From assembly GCA_043799545.1 (NCBI GenBank), contig JAZDNO010000031.1, forward strand, positions 28,633 to 92,632: a stretch of 64,000 nt of DNA. The letters are read 5' to 3'. Shown piece by piece: positions 47,764-56,298 of this stretch. The notes under the pieces are model-generated. The model did no database searches, was not told the origin of the DNA, and saw nothing but the letters and a program-made list of their open reading frames with translations. A program made the translations under genes and the position numbers. How positions within the stretch are numbered: the first letter of the stretch is position 1; each line of letters begins with the position of its first letter. Source of the DNA: Methanobacteriota archaeon (lineage in GTDB: Archaea > Thermoplasmatota > Thermoplasmata > SG8-5 > DAIRED01).

Positions 47764-48459
47764 ATGCCCACCCGAAAAATCGCCGTTATTTTGCCGGCCC
47801 TTGACGAGGAAAAAACAATCGGCCAGGTAATTGATGCTATACCTGTCGAACGGCTCAAGTCCGCGGGCTACGCGGTTGACATCACAGTCGTCGACGGCCA
47901 CAGCAAGGACATGACGAGCGTAATCGCCAAAGAACGGGGGGCGCGCCTCCTTGTACAAAAAGGCCACGGCAAGGGCGATGCGGTCAAGACGGCATTCCAA
48001 GAGTTCGACGGCGACTACCTTTTCATGATGGATGCCGACCACACTTATCCCGGCGAGAAAATCCCGGACATGCTTCATTATCTCGAAAACGACGTTTACG
48101 ACGTCATGATGGGGTCCAGGCTTTCGGGCAGCATACAGCCGGGCGCGATGAGCCGCCTCAACTATCTCGGAAACCTGGTGCTCACAGAGACGGCCAACAT
48201 GCTGTACCCCGGGGAGCGCCCGATAACAGACGTTTGCACCGGCATGTGGGGATTCGACAGGGACACAATCGAGCATTTGGCATCTCTGGAAGCAACGAAC
48301 TTCGAGATAGAGGCCGAAATATACGCCAAGTGCGTCCTAGGGGGGTACAGGGTCGGAGAGATTCCGATTCCATACAACAGGCGGATATCCCCGGCGAAGC
48401 TGAGCTCGCTCAAGGACGGCACGAAGATATTTTGGCGCCTGCTGAAAGAGCGGATTTGA
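47764..48459 (+). CDS. GT2 polyprenol-phosphate glycosyltransferase (DPM1-like)
   Basis: ILPALDEE, VVDGHSKD, GKG.A, MDADHTY, D..TG, FEIEAE. Confidence 0.88.
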   Translation: MPTRKIAVILPALDEEKTIGQVIDAIPVERLKSAGYAVDITVVDGHSKDMTSVIAKERGARLLVQKGHGKGDAVKTAFQEFDGDYLFMMDADHTYPGEKIPDMLHYLENDVYDVMMGSRLSGSIQPGAMSRLNYLGNLVLTETANMLYPGERPITDVCTGMWGFDRDTIEHLASLEATNFEIEAEIYAKCVLGGYRVGEIPIPYNRRISPAKLSSLKDGTKIFWRLLKERI

Positions 48460-48540
48460 GATTGGTAAGTTTTATAACGGTCCGAAGGGATTCTCCAGCG
48501 AGGGCCTTGGCCGGGCGGGCGGGCCTTCGGGGGACATGAA

Positions 48541-49731
48541 ATGGAGATTGGCGTCGTGGGGAAACCAAATGTCGGAAAGTCGACGTTCTTCTCGGCCGCG
48601 ACCCTTGCGCCCGCGCAGATTGCGAACTACCCGTTCACCACCATCGAGCCCAACCGCGGCGTCGCCTACGTGCGCACGAAATGCCCGCACGTGGAACTCG
48701 GAGTCCAGTGCAACCCCAACAACTCCCCTTGCAAGGACGGCGTGCGCCTAGTTCCCGTGGAGATGATAGACGTTGCCGGGCTGGTGCCGGGCGCGCACGA
48801 GGGCAAAGGCTTGGGAAACAAGTTCCTCGACGACCTGCGCCAGGCCAGCTCGCTCATCCATGTGATAGATGTCAGCGGCGGGACGACGGAGGACGGCACG
48901 CCGACGAAGCCCGGCACCCGCGACCCTGCTCTCGATTCCAAGTTCCTCGAGGACGAGATATCGTTCTGGATTAAGGGCATCCTCGACAAAGATTGGCGCA
49001 GGCTGTCCAAGCAGGCGGAGCTCGACGGGGCGAGGATCGAGCGCGTGCTGCACGAGCGGTTCACTGGGCTAGGGTTCACTGAGCCGCAGATTCAGGCGGC
49101 GTTGCGCAAGGCCGCCCTCGGGCCGAGGCCGAGCGTCTGGACTGAGGACGAGTTGGTCGGTTTGGCGCGAAGCCTTCAGAAGTCCGGGAAGCCGATGCTC
49201 CTGGCTGCCAACAAGTACGACATGGCCGCGGACGGCGCAGTGGAGAAACTCAGGTCAGCGGTCGAGGGGCAGGTCGTCGCGACCTCTGCGGAGTTCGAGC
49301 TTGCGCTGAGGAGGGCCGCCCAGGCGGGTTTGATAGATTACCTGCCCGGCGCAGCGGATTTCAAGGTTATCGAGCCTTCCAAACTGAGCGACAAGCAGGC
49401 GAAGGCGCTGGAGCAGATACGCCATCAGATGCGGAAGCACGGCGGGACAGGAGTCCAGAAGTGCATCGAGACATCGATATTCGAGACGCTGAACCTCATG
49501 GTCGTATACCCCGTCGAGGACGAGAACAAGTACACGGACAAGCAAGGCAGGGTCCTGCCGGACGCCCACCTCGTCCCGAAAGGCTGCACGGCTCGGGAGC
49601 TGGCGTACAGGGTGCACACGGACCTGGGGGAGAATTTTATTAGAGCGGTGGATGCCAGGACGAAGCGCGTCATAGGCCAGGACCACCAGTTAAAAGACGG
49701 GGACGTAGTGACGATATACGCGCGGCGATAA
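48541..49731 (+). CDS. ychF: YchF/Ola1 Obg-family ATPase
   Basis: GKPNVGKST, NYPFTTIEPN, DVAGLV.GAH.G.GLGN.FL, C-terminal TGS. Confidence 0.94.
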   Translation: MEIGVVGKPNVGKSTFFSAATLAPAQIANYPFTTIEPNRGVAYVRTKCPHVELGVQCNPNNSPCKDGVRLVPVEMIDVAGLVPGAHEGKGLGNKFLDDLRQASSLIHVIDVSGGTTEDGTPTKPGTRDPALDSKFLEDEISFWIKGILDKDWRRLSKQAELDGARIERVLHERFTGLGFTEPQIQAALRKAALGPRPSVWTEDELVGLARSLQKSGKPMLLAANKYDMAADGAVEKLRSAVEGQVVATSAEFELALRRAAQAGLIDYLPGAADFKVIEPSKLSDKQAKALEQIRHQMRKHGGTGVQKCIETSIFETLNLMVVYPVEDENKYTDKQGRVLPDAHLVPKGCTARELAYRVHTDLGENFIRAVDARTKRVIGQDHQLKDGDVVTIYARR

Positions 49732-49848
49732 ACCCTAGACTCCCACCCGCCCGCCCCATCGCTCGGGTTGCCGCGCAACCCTCGCTCCCGCCCGCCCACT
49801 AACGAAATTTAGTTTCGGAAGTCTCCGAGAAAGCTTATAGTCTAATCG

Positions 49849-52284
49849 ATGAATGGGGTGCCGATGCCATCCTGGGATGTCCGGCTCTTATCGGTTTCAT
49901 ACACCCGCGCGGGCGACGTCACCGTCCAGCTGTTCGGCAGGACGCGTGACGGTCGCTCGATAACGGCGCTGCACCAGGGGTTCAAGCCCTATTTCTACAT
50001 CTCAGAGCCGGATAATGGAGTCATACAGCGCCTGAAGCAAGACCAGGACGTCCTAAAGGTCGAATCGGCGAAGCTCTTCGTTGACGGGGCGTACAGGCAC
50101 TGCGCCAAAGTCACAGTGAAGTATCCGTGGACAGTGCCAGACTACCGAAGAAGGTACCCATCGAGCTTCTTCCTCGCTGCGGACATTCCATTCTCGCTGC
50201 GGTTCATGTACGACATGGGCATCGAGAGCTGCGTCAGGATAACCGGTGAACCAACAGAGCGTGGAAACTACACAACGGAACTGGTTGTCCAAGCCGAGAA
50301 GTTCGAGCCTTGCGAGGCGTTCAAGCCGAGGCTGAAGATACTCTCGTTCGATATCGAGAACAGCATCAAGGAGAAGCACCTGCTGGTCCTCGGCGCAGCC
50401 ATAATGGACACGGACGGCTCCGTCAGGACAGAGCACATCCCGGGGCCGGAGCCGGAAATCATCAAGGGCTTCGTCGAGCTGGTGCGCAGGGAGGACCCTG
50501 ACGTCATCACCGGCTACAACATCGACGGCTACGACATCCCCTACGTCATGGAAAGGGCGAAGGCGAACGGGATATCCTCGGTGCCGCTAGGGCGTGACGG
50601 GGGAGTGGCTAACTCAGTCTCCGACCGTTTCTGGCGAGTGCACGGGCGCATAGTTGCCGACGCCTGGTGGAACGCAAAGAGGGAGCTCAGGCCCAAGCAG
50701 GAGACGCTCGATGCCGTGGCGAGGCTCGTTCTTGGCGAAGGAAAGGCCGACGTCGACCCGTCGAACATAGACGAGGAGTGGAGGCAGGACAGCGCCAACG
50801 TCACCAAGTACTGCGTCAGGGACGCGGAGCTCGCGCTGCGGATACTGGACAAGATTTCCGTGCTCCAGAAGATGATGGACCTCGCGACTGTATCCATGCT
50901 CCCGCTGGACGATGTCTTGAACGGGCGCACCTCGGTTCTCATAGATTCCATCCTGATACGCGAGGCCGACAAGCTGGGAATAGGCGTTATGATGAACAGG
51001 CACGAGCGCCGCGAGACACAGATTGAGGGCGGTTACGTCCATACCATTGAGCCCGGAATCTATCCGTGGGTGTGCGTTCTCGATTTCAAGAGCATGTATC
51101 CCAGCCTGATAATCTCCAAGAACATCTGCTTCACGACGCTCAGCAAGGACGGCGCGAACGTCAGCCCCACTGGGGAGAAATTCCTCGCACGGGAGGTGCG
51201 CGAGGGCGTTGTCCCGAAAGTCCTCGGAGGCCTGATGGCCAGGCGCGACGAGATAAAGAAGAGCATGAAGCAGGCCAAAACTCCGGAGGAGAAGGCCTAC
51301 TACGATGGGCTGCAGCAGGCGGTTAAAGTCCTGATGAACGCCTTCTACGGGGTCTTCGCGTCGGCGTTCTACCGTTTCACCAACCCGAAAATCGGGGCGA
51401 GCATCACAGCCTTCGCCAGGGAGAACACCAAGGGCATCATCTCATCCCTGGAGGCAGAAGGCCACAAGGTCATCTACGGAGATACGGACTCCGTTTTCGT
51501 GCAGTCCCCGACGCCGGAGCTGGAAGCTTCGGTTGAGTTCGGCAAATCGATATCTGCGAAGCACACGAAGGAGGGAGCGACCCTCGAGTTCGAGAAGCTC
51601 CTGAACCCTCTTTTCTCCCACGGCGCAAAGAAGCGGTACGTCGGGAAGGTCGTCTGGCCGGATGAAACCATCGTCGTGCGGGGCTACGAGATACGGCGCA
51701 CGGACGCCTTCGACATGCAGAGCGAGACGCTGGAGGCTGTCTTCGGAAAGATTCTGGACAACGACCCCGACGGAGCGGTCGAAACCGCAGTGAATGCCGT
51801 CCGGGACTGCCTGGACGGAAAGGTCTCCATCGAAGCCCTCGTCGTCTCAAGGACTTGCCGCGAGGAGAGCTCATACAAGGACCCGGACACGCAGATGACT
51901 GTCCAGGCCGCGCGGAAGCTCACTGCGATGGGATACGAGTTCGTGCCGGGGATGAAGGTCTCCTGGATAGTCGTCGACGGTCGAAAAAGCCCAGCGGAGG
52001 TCGAGCCCTACGTCAGCGGGAGGGTGTTCGACAGGAAGCCCGACTGGGAGTACTATGCCAGGCGCACGGCGATGACCCTCGCCAGGGCGACGGAGTACTT
52101 CGGCTGGAACGTCAGCGATTTGCTCGCCGGGAAGAAGGGGGCGAAGCAGTCGGACCTCTTCAACGCGGACTTCGAGGGGCCTCAGTCCAACGGCGGCAAC
52201 TCCGACAAGCCGAAGGCTAAACCAGGGAAGAAGGACGTGGTCAAGAAGACGGACAAGGCGCTCAAGATCGAGGATTTTTTATAG
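49849..52284 (+). CDS. polB: Family B DNA polymerase
   Basis: Exo motifs FDIE, NIDGYD, YCVRD; pol motifs DFKSMYPS, K.LMNAFYG, YGDTDS, KKRY; no intein. Confidence 0.95.
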   Translation: MNGVPMPSWDVRLLSVSYTRAGDVTVQLFGRTRDGRSITALHQGFKPYFYISEPDNGVIQRLKQDQDVLKVESAKLFVDGAYRHCAKVTVKYPWTVPDYRRRYPSSFFLAADIPFSLRFMYDMGIESCVRITGEPTERGNYTTELVVQAEKFEPCEAFKPRLKILSFDIENSIKEKHLLVLGAAIMDTDGSVRTEHIPGPEPEIIKGFVELVRREDPDVITGYNIDGYDIPYVMERAKANGISSVPLGRDGGVANSVSDRFWRVHGRIVADAWWNAKRELRPKQETLDAVARLVLGEGKADVDPSNIDEEWRQDSANVTKYCVRDAELALRILDKISVLQKMMDLATVSMLPLDDVLNGRTSVLIDSILIREADKLGIGVMMNRHERRETQIEGGYVHTIEPGIYPWVCVLDFKSMYPSLIISKNICFTTLSKDGANVSPTGEKFLAREVREGVVPKVLGGLMARRDEIKKSMKQAKTPEEKAYYDGLQQAVKVLMNAFYGVFASAFYRFTNPKIGASITAFARENTKGIISSLEAEGHKVIYGDTDSVFVQSPTPELEASVEFGKSISAKHTKEGATLEFEKLLNPLFSHGAKKRYVGKVVWPDETIVVRGYEIRRTDAFDMQSETLEAVFGKILDNDPDGAVETAVNAVRDCLDGKVSIEALVVSRTCREESSYKDPDTQMTVQAARKLTAMGYEFVPGMKVSWIVVDGRKSPAEVEPYVSGRVFDRKPDWEYYARRTAMTLARATEYFGWNVSDLLAGKKGAKQSDLFNADFEGPQSNGGNSDKPKAKPGKKDVVKKTDKALKIEDFL

Positions 52285-52353
52285 GTTCTTGACCTCCTCG
52301 TGAAATCCGCCACACAACATATTTATCACCGCTGCCTTATACTCCGGCTGGAG

Positions 52354-54498
52354 ATGGCGTTGGCAGAGCGCATCGAGTTCCCGAAGGGGATTACAACCAA
52401 GAGCACCGCCGGCGGTGCGGAGGTCATCAGGAAGCTCCTAATCGGCCTCAAGCGGTTCTCGTTCACCGGCTACGTCCAGACCATCCTCAAGACCGAGGGC
52501 TCGCAGAGGGACGGGTACATTGTGATCAAGGAGGGCACGCCCGTCTTCGCGCTCCACCAGGTCGAGACGGCGGATGGCTCCCAGGGGGCGCATGGCCAGA
52601 TGGCTCTCAGGAAGGCCTGGGAGGATTCGTACAACCCGCAGACGGTGATAGATGTCCACGGCGGGGTTTCGATAGATTCCATAATCTCGTCCTACCCCGA
52701 GGGCAAGATAGACTCCACCCAGGCGGTGTCGAAACAGCGCGTGGTCGTGGGGCTGAAGTGGGGGCAGGGTGAGCAGGCGGAGCTCGCGGGACTGAAGGCG
52801 AAGCTGGAGCACTACCGTTCCGATGGATACGTCGTCGATGACATCGAGGCCGCGCTGGAACGCGGCGCGGAGGAGTCCAAGCTGGTCATAGCGCAGTTCG
52901 AGGCGAACCTGACGAAGATAAAGATGCTCGGCGACCTGCTGGACCTGACGGACGCGCCGGAGCTGGCGGACGACGTGGCGCGCGTAAGGCGGAGGTTCAA
53001 GGACCCGATGAGGATAGTGGCCATCGAGGCGGAGGTCGAACTCCTGCGCGAGAAGGCGGAGCAACTGGAGAAGCGCAGGTCGGAGATAGTCGACGTCAAG
53101 GGCCAGGCCAGGAAGGAGCGCCCGGAGGTGTTTCTCGACGGGGACTTCCGGTGCCCTATATGCGGATTCCCGATGAACCCGGCGCACCCGTGCCCCAGGT
53201 GCGGGGCCGTGCAGGCGCACAAATCGCCATCTTCGGGCGAATCGGAGAAGCCCCGCCAGTCTCACGAGTCCGCGAACCTGAGTCCCGGATTGACGTTCGA
53301 CACCTTCGTCGTGGGCGAGAGCAACAGGTTCGCGCACGCAGCTGGCACGGCGATTGCCGGCATGCTGCAGGAGGCGTACAATCCCCTCTTCGTATGGAGC
53401 GGGACCGGGCTGGGCAAGACCCACCTGCTGAACGCGATAGGGAACAAGGTCATAGAGACGCACCCGGACAAGCGCGTCCTTTACATAGGCACGCAGAGGT
53501 TCGTGAAGGAGATGCTGGATTCCGTCGAGCATGGGGCAATAGAGGATTTCAGGGAGCGGTACAAATCGCTGGACCTGCTTTTGCTGGACGACGTGCATTT
53601 CCTCGCCCAGTCCGAGTCGCTCCAGGACGAGCTGTTCAACATCTTCAACGAGCTCAAGAACCGCAACAGGTACATAGTGCTGGCGAGCGACAGGCCGCCC
53701 ACGGAAATCAAGGACCTCGCGGAGCGCCTGATATCCAGATTCTCCTCGGGGCTGGTGACGGACATACTTCCTCCGGAAATTGAGACTCGAATCGCCATCC
53801 TGAGGCGCAAGGCCGAGGACCGCAAGCTCGACCTCGACGACGCGGCGCTGATGCACATCGCGACCCGCTTCACGAACAACATCCGGAGCCTGGAGGGGGC
53901 GCTGACTAAGGTGAGCGCTTACTCGTCGCTGCTCGGCGCCGATGTCACCATGGACACTGTGAAGGAGGTGCTGAAGGACGAGGGACAGTCCCAATCCGCC
54001 GGAGAGCCGCACCAGGCCGCGCAGTCGCACGCGCAGGTTTCCCTCAAGCCCGCTCACAGCTACCTCGTCGAGGAGGAGCGCCCCGAGCGTTGCTTCGAGC
54101 TCTTCGGCGAGTACGTGAAACAAGGCTACGGGGGGCTGGCAATCACGAGGACGAACCCTACCAGGGTGAAGGAGAGCCACAACCTGGGCGAAGCACAGGT
54201 GCTGTGGCTCACGGACCGGGAGGGAGGAGAGGGGGAGAAGGTGGCGCCGGTCCTCGAGAGAATCATCTACAAGATCGAGGAGCTGCTCGCGAAGGAGGGG
54301 AACGGAATCGTCCTCCTGGATGGCGTGGAATACCTGATAAGCAGCAACAACTTCGAATCCGTCCTGAAGTTCCTCAGGCGGTTGATAGACGACGTCTCGG
54401 AGAGCAAGAGCGTCTTCATGATGTCACTCACGCCAGGGACTTTGGGCGAGAAGGAGCAGAAGATACTCAAGCGGGAGATGGAGCTAATCTCCGGCTAG
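52354..54498 (+). CDS. Multidomain protein: DUF2226-like N-terminus (tentative), helical module, Zn ribbon, DnaA-type AAA+ domain III, DUF835; no DnaA domain IV
   Basis: TFDTFVVGESNRFA, YNPLF, GTGLGKTHLL, LLLDDVHFL, SDRPP, RLISRF, NIRSLEGAL; C-terminal GLAITR/VLWLT/LLDGVEYLI. Confidence 0.85.
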   Translation: MALAERIEFPKGITTKSTAGGAEVIRKLLIGLKRFSFTGYVQTILKTEGSQRDGYIVIKEGTPVFALHQVETADGSQGAHGQMALRKAWEDSYNPQTVIDVHGGVSIDSIISSYPEGKIDSTQAVSKQRVVVGLKWGQGEQAELAGLKAKLEHYRSDGYVVDDIEAALERGAEESKLVIAQFEANLTKIKMLGDLLDLTDAPELADDVARVRRRFKDPMRIVAIEAEVELLREKAEQLEKRRSEIVDVKGQARKERPEVFLDGDFRCPICGFPMNPAHPCPRCGAVQAHKSPSSGESEKPRQSHESANLSPGLTFDTFVVGESNRFAHAAGTAIAGMLQEAYNPLFVWSGTGLGKTHLLNAIGNKVIETHPDKRVLYIGTQRFVKEMLDSVEHGAIEDFRERYKSLDLLLLDDVHFLAQSESLQDELFNIFNELKNRNRYIVLASDRPPTEIKDLAERLISRFSSGLVTDILPPEIETRIAILRRKAEDRKLDLDDAALMHIATRFTNNIRSLEGALTKVSAYSSLLGADVTMDTVKEVLKDEGQSQSAGEPHQAAQSHAQVSLKPAHSYLVEEERPERCFELFGEYVKQGYGGLAITRTNPTRVKESHNLGEAQVLWLTDREGGEGEKVAPVLERIIYKIEELLAKEGNGIVLLDGVEYLISSNNFESVLKFLRRLIDDVSESKSVFMMSLTPGTLGEKEQKILKREMELISG

Positions 54499-56135
54499 GG
54501 AGAGTCGGCGCCTTCCAGCTCTGTCATGGCGTCCCTGAAAAGGCGTATAGAGTGCAGCGCCGTGCCGTAGTCGCCGTCCTTGATCTGGTTGTTCGCGTCC
54601 TTGAGGTGGCCGACGGGCTTGGTGATGTTGACGTTCATCATCTTCACCTCGAGGAGCTTCGTCTTCGCCTTGCGCATCTCGTTCGCTATGTACGCCGGAA
54701 GTATCTTGTTGAAGTGCTCGCTGCATTGCTCGGAGAGCATCTTCGCGGTGTCCCAGTCCTTGCGTACTGTGGCCTTGAGGCAATCCTCGTAGAGGGTGCG
54801 CCCCTCTCCGAGGTCTATCCTGAGCGCCGCCGCGTCCTCTATCACTGTCTTGATGGAGGACAGCCCTTTCTGGGCGCCGAAGTATTCCGAGGCGATCGAA
54901 GTCAGGGTGCCTCTCGCCAGGTCGAGCGCCGTCACGGCCTCTGCCCACTTCCTCTCCCCCGAGGCGGTCCTCGCCTTCGCAATATGGGCGGATATCCCGG
55001 AAACGTCGATACCGCTGGCCTGCACGTCCTTCGCCTGCTTCTCCAGAGTCACGACCTCCTTTGTGATGAACCCTGTGAATGAGCGCTCCACCTCGCCCTC
55101 CCCCTGGGAGACTAGGTCCACGGCCAGCTTGAGGTTCCGCTCGCGGCCGGCAGTGACCGCCCTGTTGATGAGGTCCTTCGCCTTCGTGACGTCGACGTCC
55201 AGCCGCTTTGCGAGCGAGAAATCGTCCTTTATCTTCGAGACGAGGGCCGGCAGTTGCCTCATGGCGTCCCCGCCTGCAGCGGGCCTCGGTGCGCCTGGCT
55301 GCGCCACTTGCGCCTGGATGGGCCTCGGGACCGCGGGCATAGGCTGTATTTTCTGGGGCTGGACCTGGGTCGGGGTCTTCTGCGCCGTCGGCTGTAATGG
55401 CTTTTGCGCTGCGGAGGGCGCAACGCCCTCTTTCTGGGCGCGCAACTGCTTCATCCTGTCCACGAAGCTCATCGGCACCTGCTCGACCGGTGCGGGGGCG
55501 GCCGGCTTGGGCTCTGCGGCTTTCGGGGGTTTGGGGATGGCCGCATCGACGGAATGGGTTGCCCGCGGGTTAGGCTCGGGCTCAGTCTTCGCCGGAGCAT
55601 GGACTGGAGGCTGAACCTGAGGAGCTTTCGGAGCATCAGTCTTGGGGGGCTCGGCAGGCGCTGGCGATGCGGGATCTTCTTCCACGGCCTCGAATGACGC
55701 GCCGCATCCGGGGCAGACCGTGGTGTTCGCATCCATCAGGGCGTTGCACAGGGGGCACTGGTACATCTGCGCTTCGGCGAACGTCACGCCGCACTTCTGG
55801 CAGGTGTCCGACGTGGAGGGGACGTCCGCGCCGCATTCCGGGCATTGGAAGACCTCCATGACCACGGTTCCCGAGCCGTCCCTGGATGGCGTCGACGAAG
55901 GCGCGGTGCCAATCCCCATCAGCCCTTTCAGGGCGTTGTCCTTCTCCCCCTTTTCGAGTTCTGCCAGTATCTTATCCACGTTGTCCTTGTTATCGAGCCT
56001 GACATCTGCAGAATCGCTCGGGACGTCGAAAAGCGCCAGGTCGGTGCCGCAGGACGGACAGTTGCGGGTGCCAGCGGGAACCTGTGCGTCGCAAATTGGG
56101 CACAGCCTCCCGGTCGCCTGAGCACCTTCCGCCAT
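54495..56135 (-). CDS. Protein with three double Zn ribbons, a Pro/Ala/Gln linker and four helical repeats
   Basis: CPIC..CPSC, CPEC..CQKC, CPLC..CPGC; recurring xDV/IDV/IDL/VNI helical units; start ATG 56135. Confidence 0.75.
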   Translation of the reverse strand: MAEGAQATGRLCPICDAQVPAGTRNCPSCGTDLALFDVPSDSADVRLDNKDNVDKILAELEKGEKDNALKGLMGIGTAPSSTPSRDGSGTVVMEVFQCPECGADVPSTSDTCQKCGVTFAEAQMYQCPLCNALMDANTTVCPGCGASFEAVEEDPASPAPAEPPKTDAPKAPQVQPPVHAPAKTEPEPNPRATHSVDAAIPKPPKAAEPKPAAPAPVEQVPMSFVDRMKQLRAQKEGVAPSAAQKPLQPTAQKTPTQVQPQKIQPMPAVPRPIQAQVAQPGAPRPAAGGDAMRQLPALVSKIKDDFSLAKRLDVDVTKAKDLINRAVTAGRERNLKLAVDLVSQGEGEVERSFTGFITKEVVTLEKQAKDVQASGIDVSGISAHIAKARTASGERKWAEAVTALDLARGTLTSIASEYFGAQKGLSSIKTVIEDAAALRIDLGEGRTLYEDCLKATVRKDWDTAKMLSEQCSEHFNKILPAYIANEMRKAKTKLLEVKMMNVNITKPVGHLKDANNQIKDGDYGTALHSIRLFRDAMTELEGADSP

Positions 56136-56298
56136 TATTGCACCTCTATACAACTTCTTAACATATTTCTAAGATAAATAAGTATCGTAAACTGGCCGGG
56201 CGACCACGGGCGCTCCGGCGGGGACGAGAGCCCGTTAAAAAGCCTTATATATATACTGCGCGATACATCATCTGATAATCTGGCGAGGTTGAAGAAAG

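Noticed and set aside
55972-55980. DnaA-box-like TTATCCACG near the DnaA fusion
   Set aside because: A single 8/9 match inside a CDS; no box cluster or AT-rich unwinding element, and the protein lacks domain IV.
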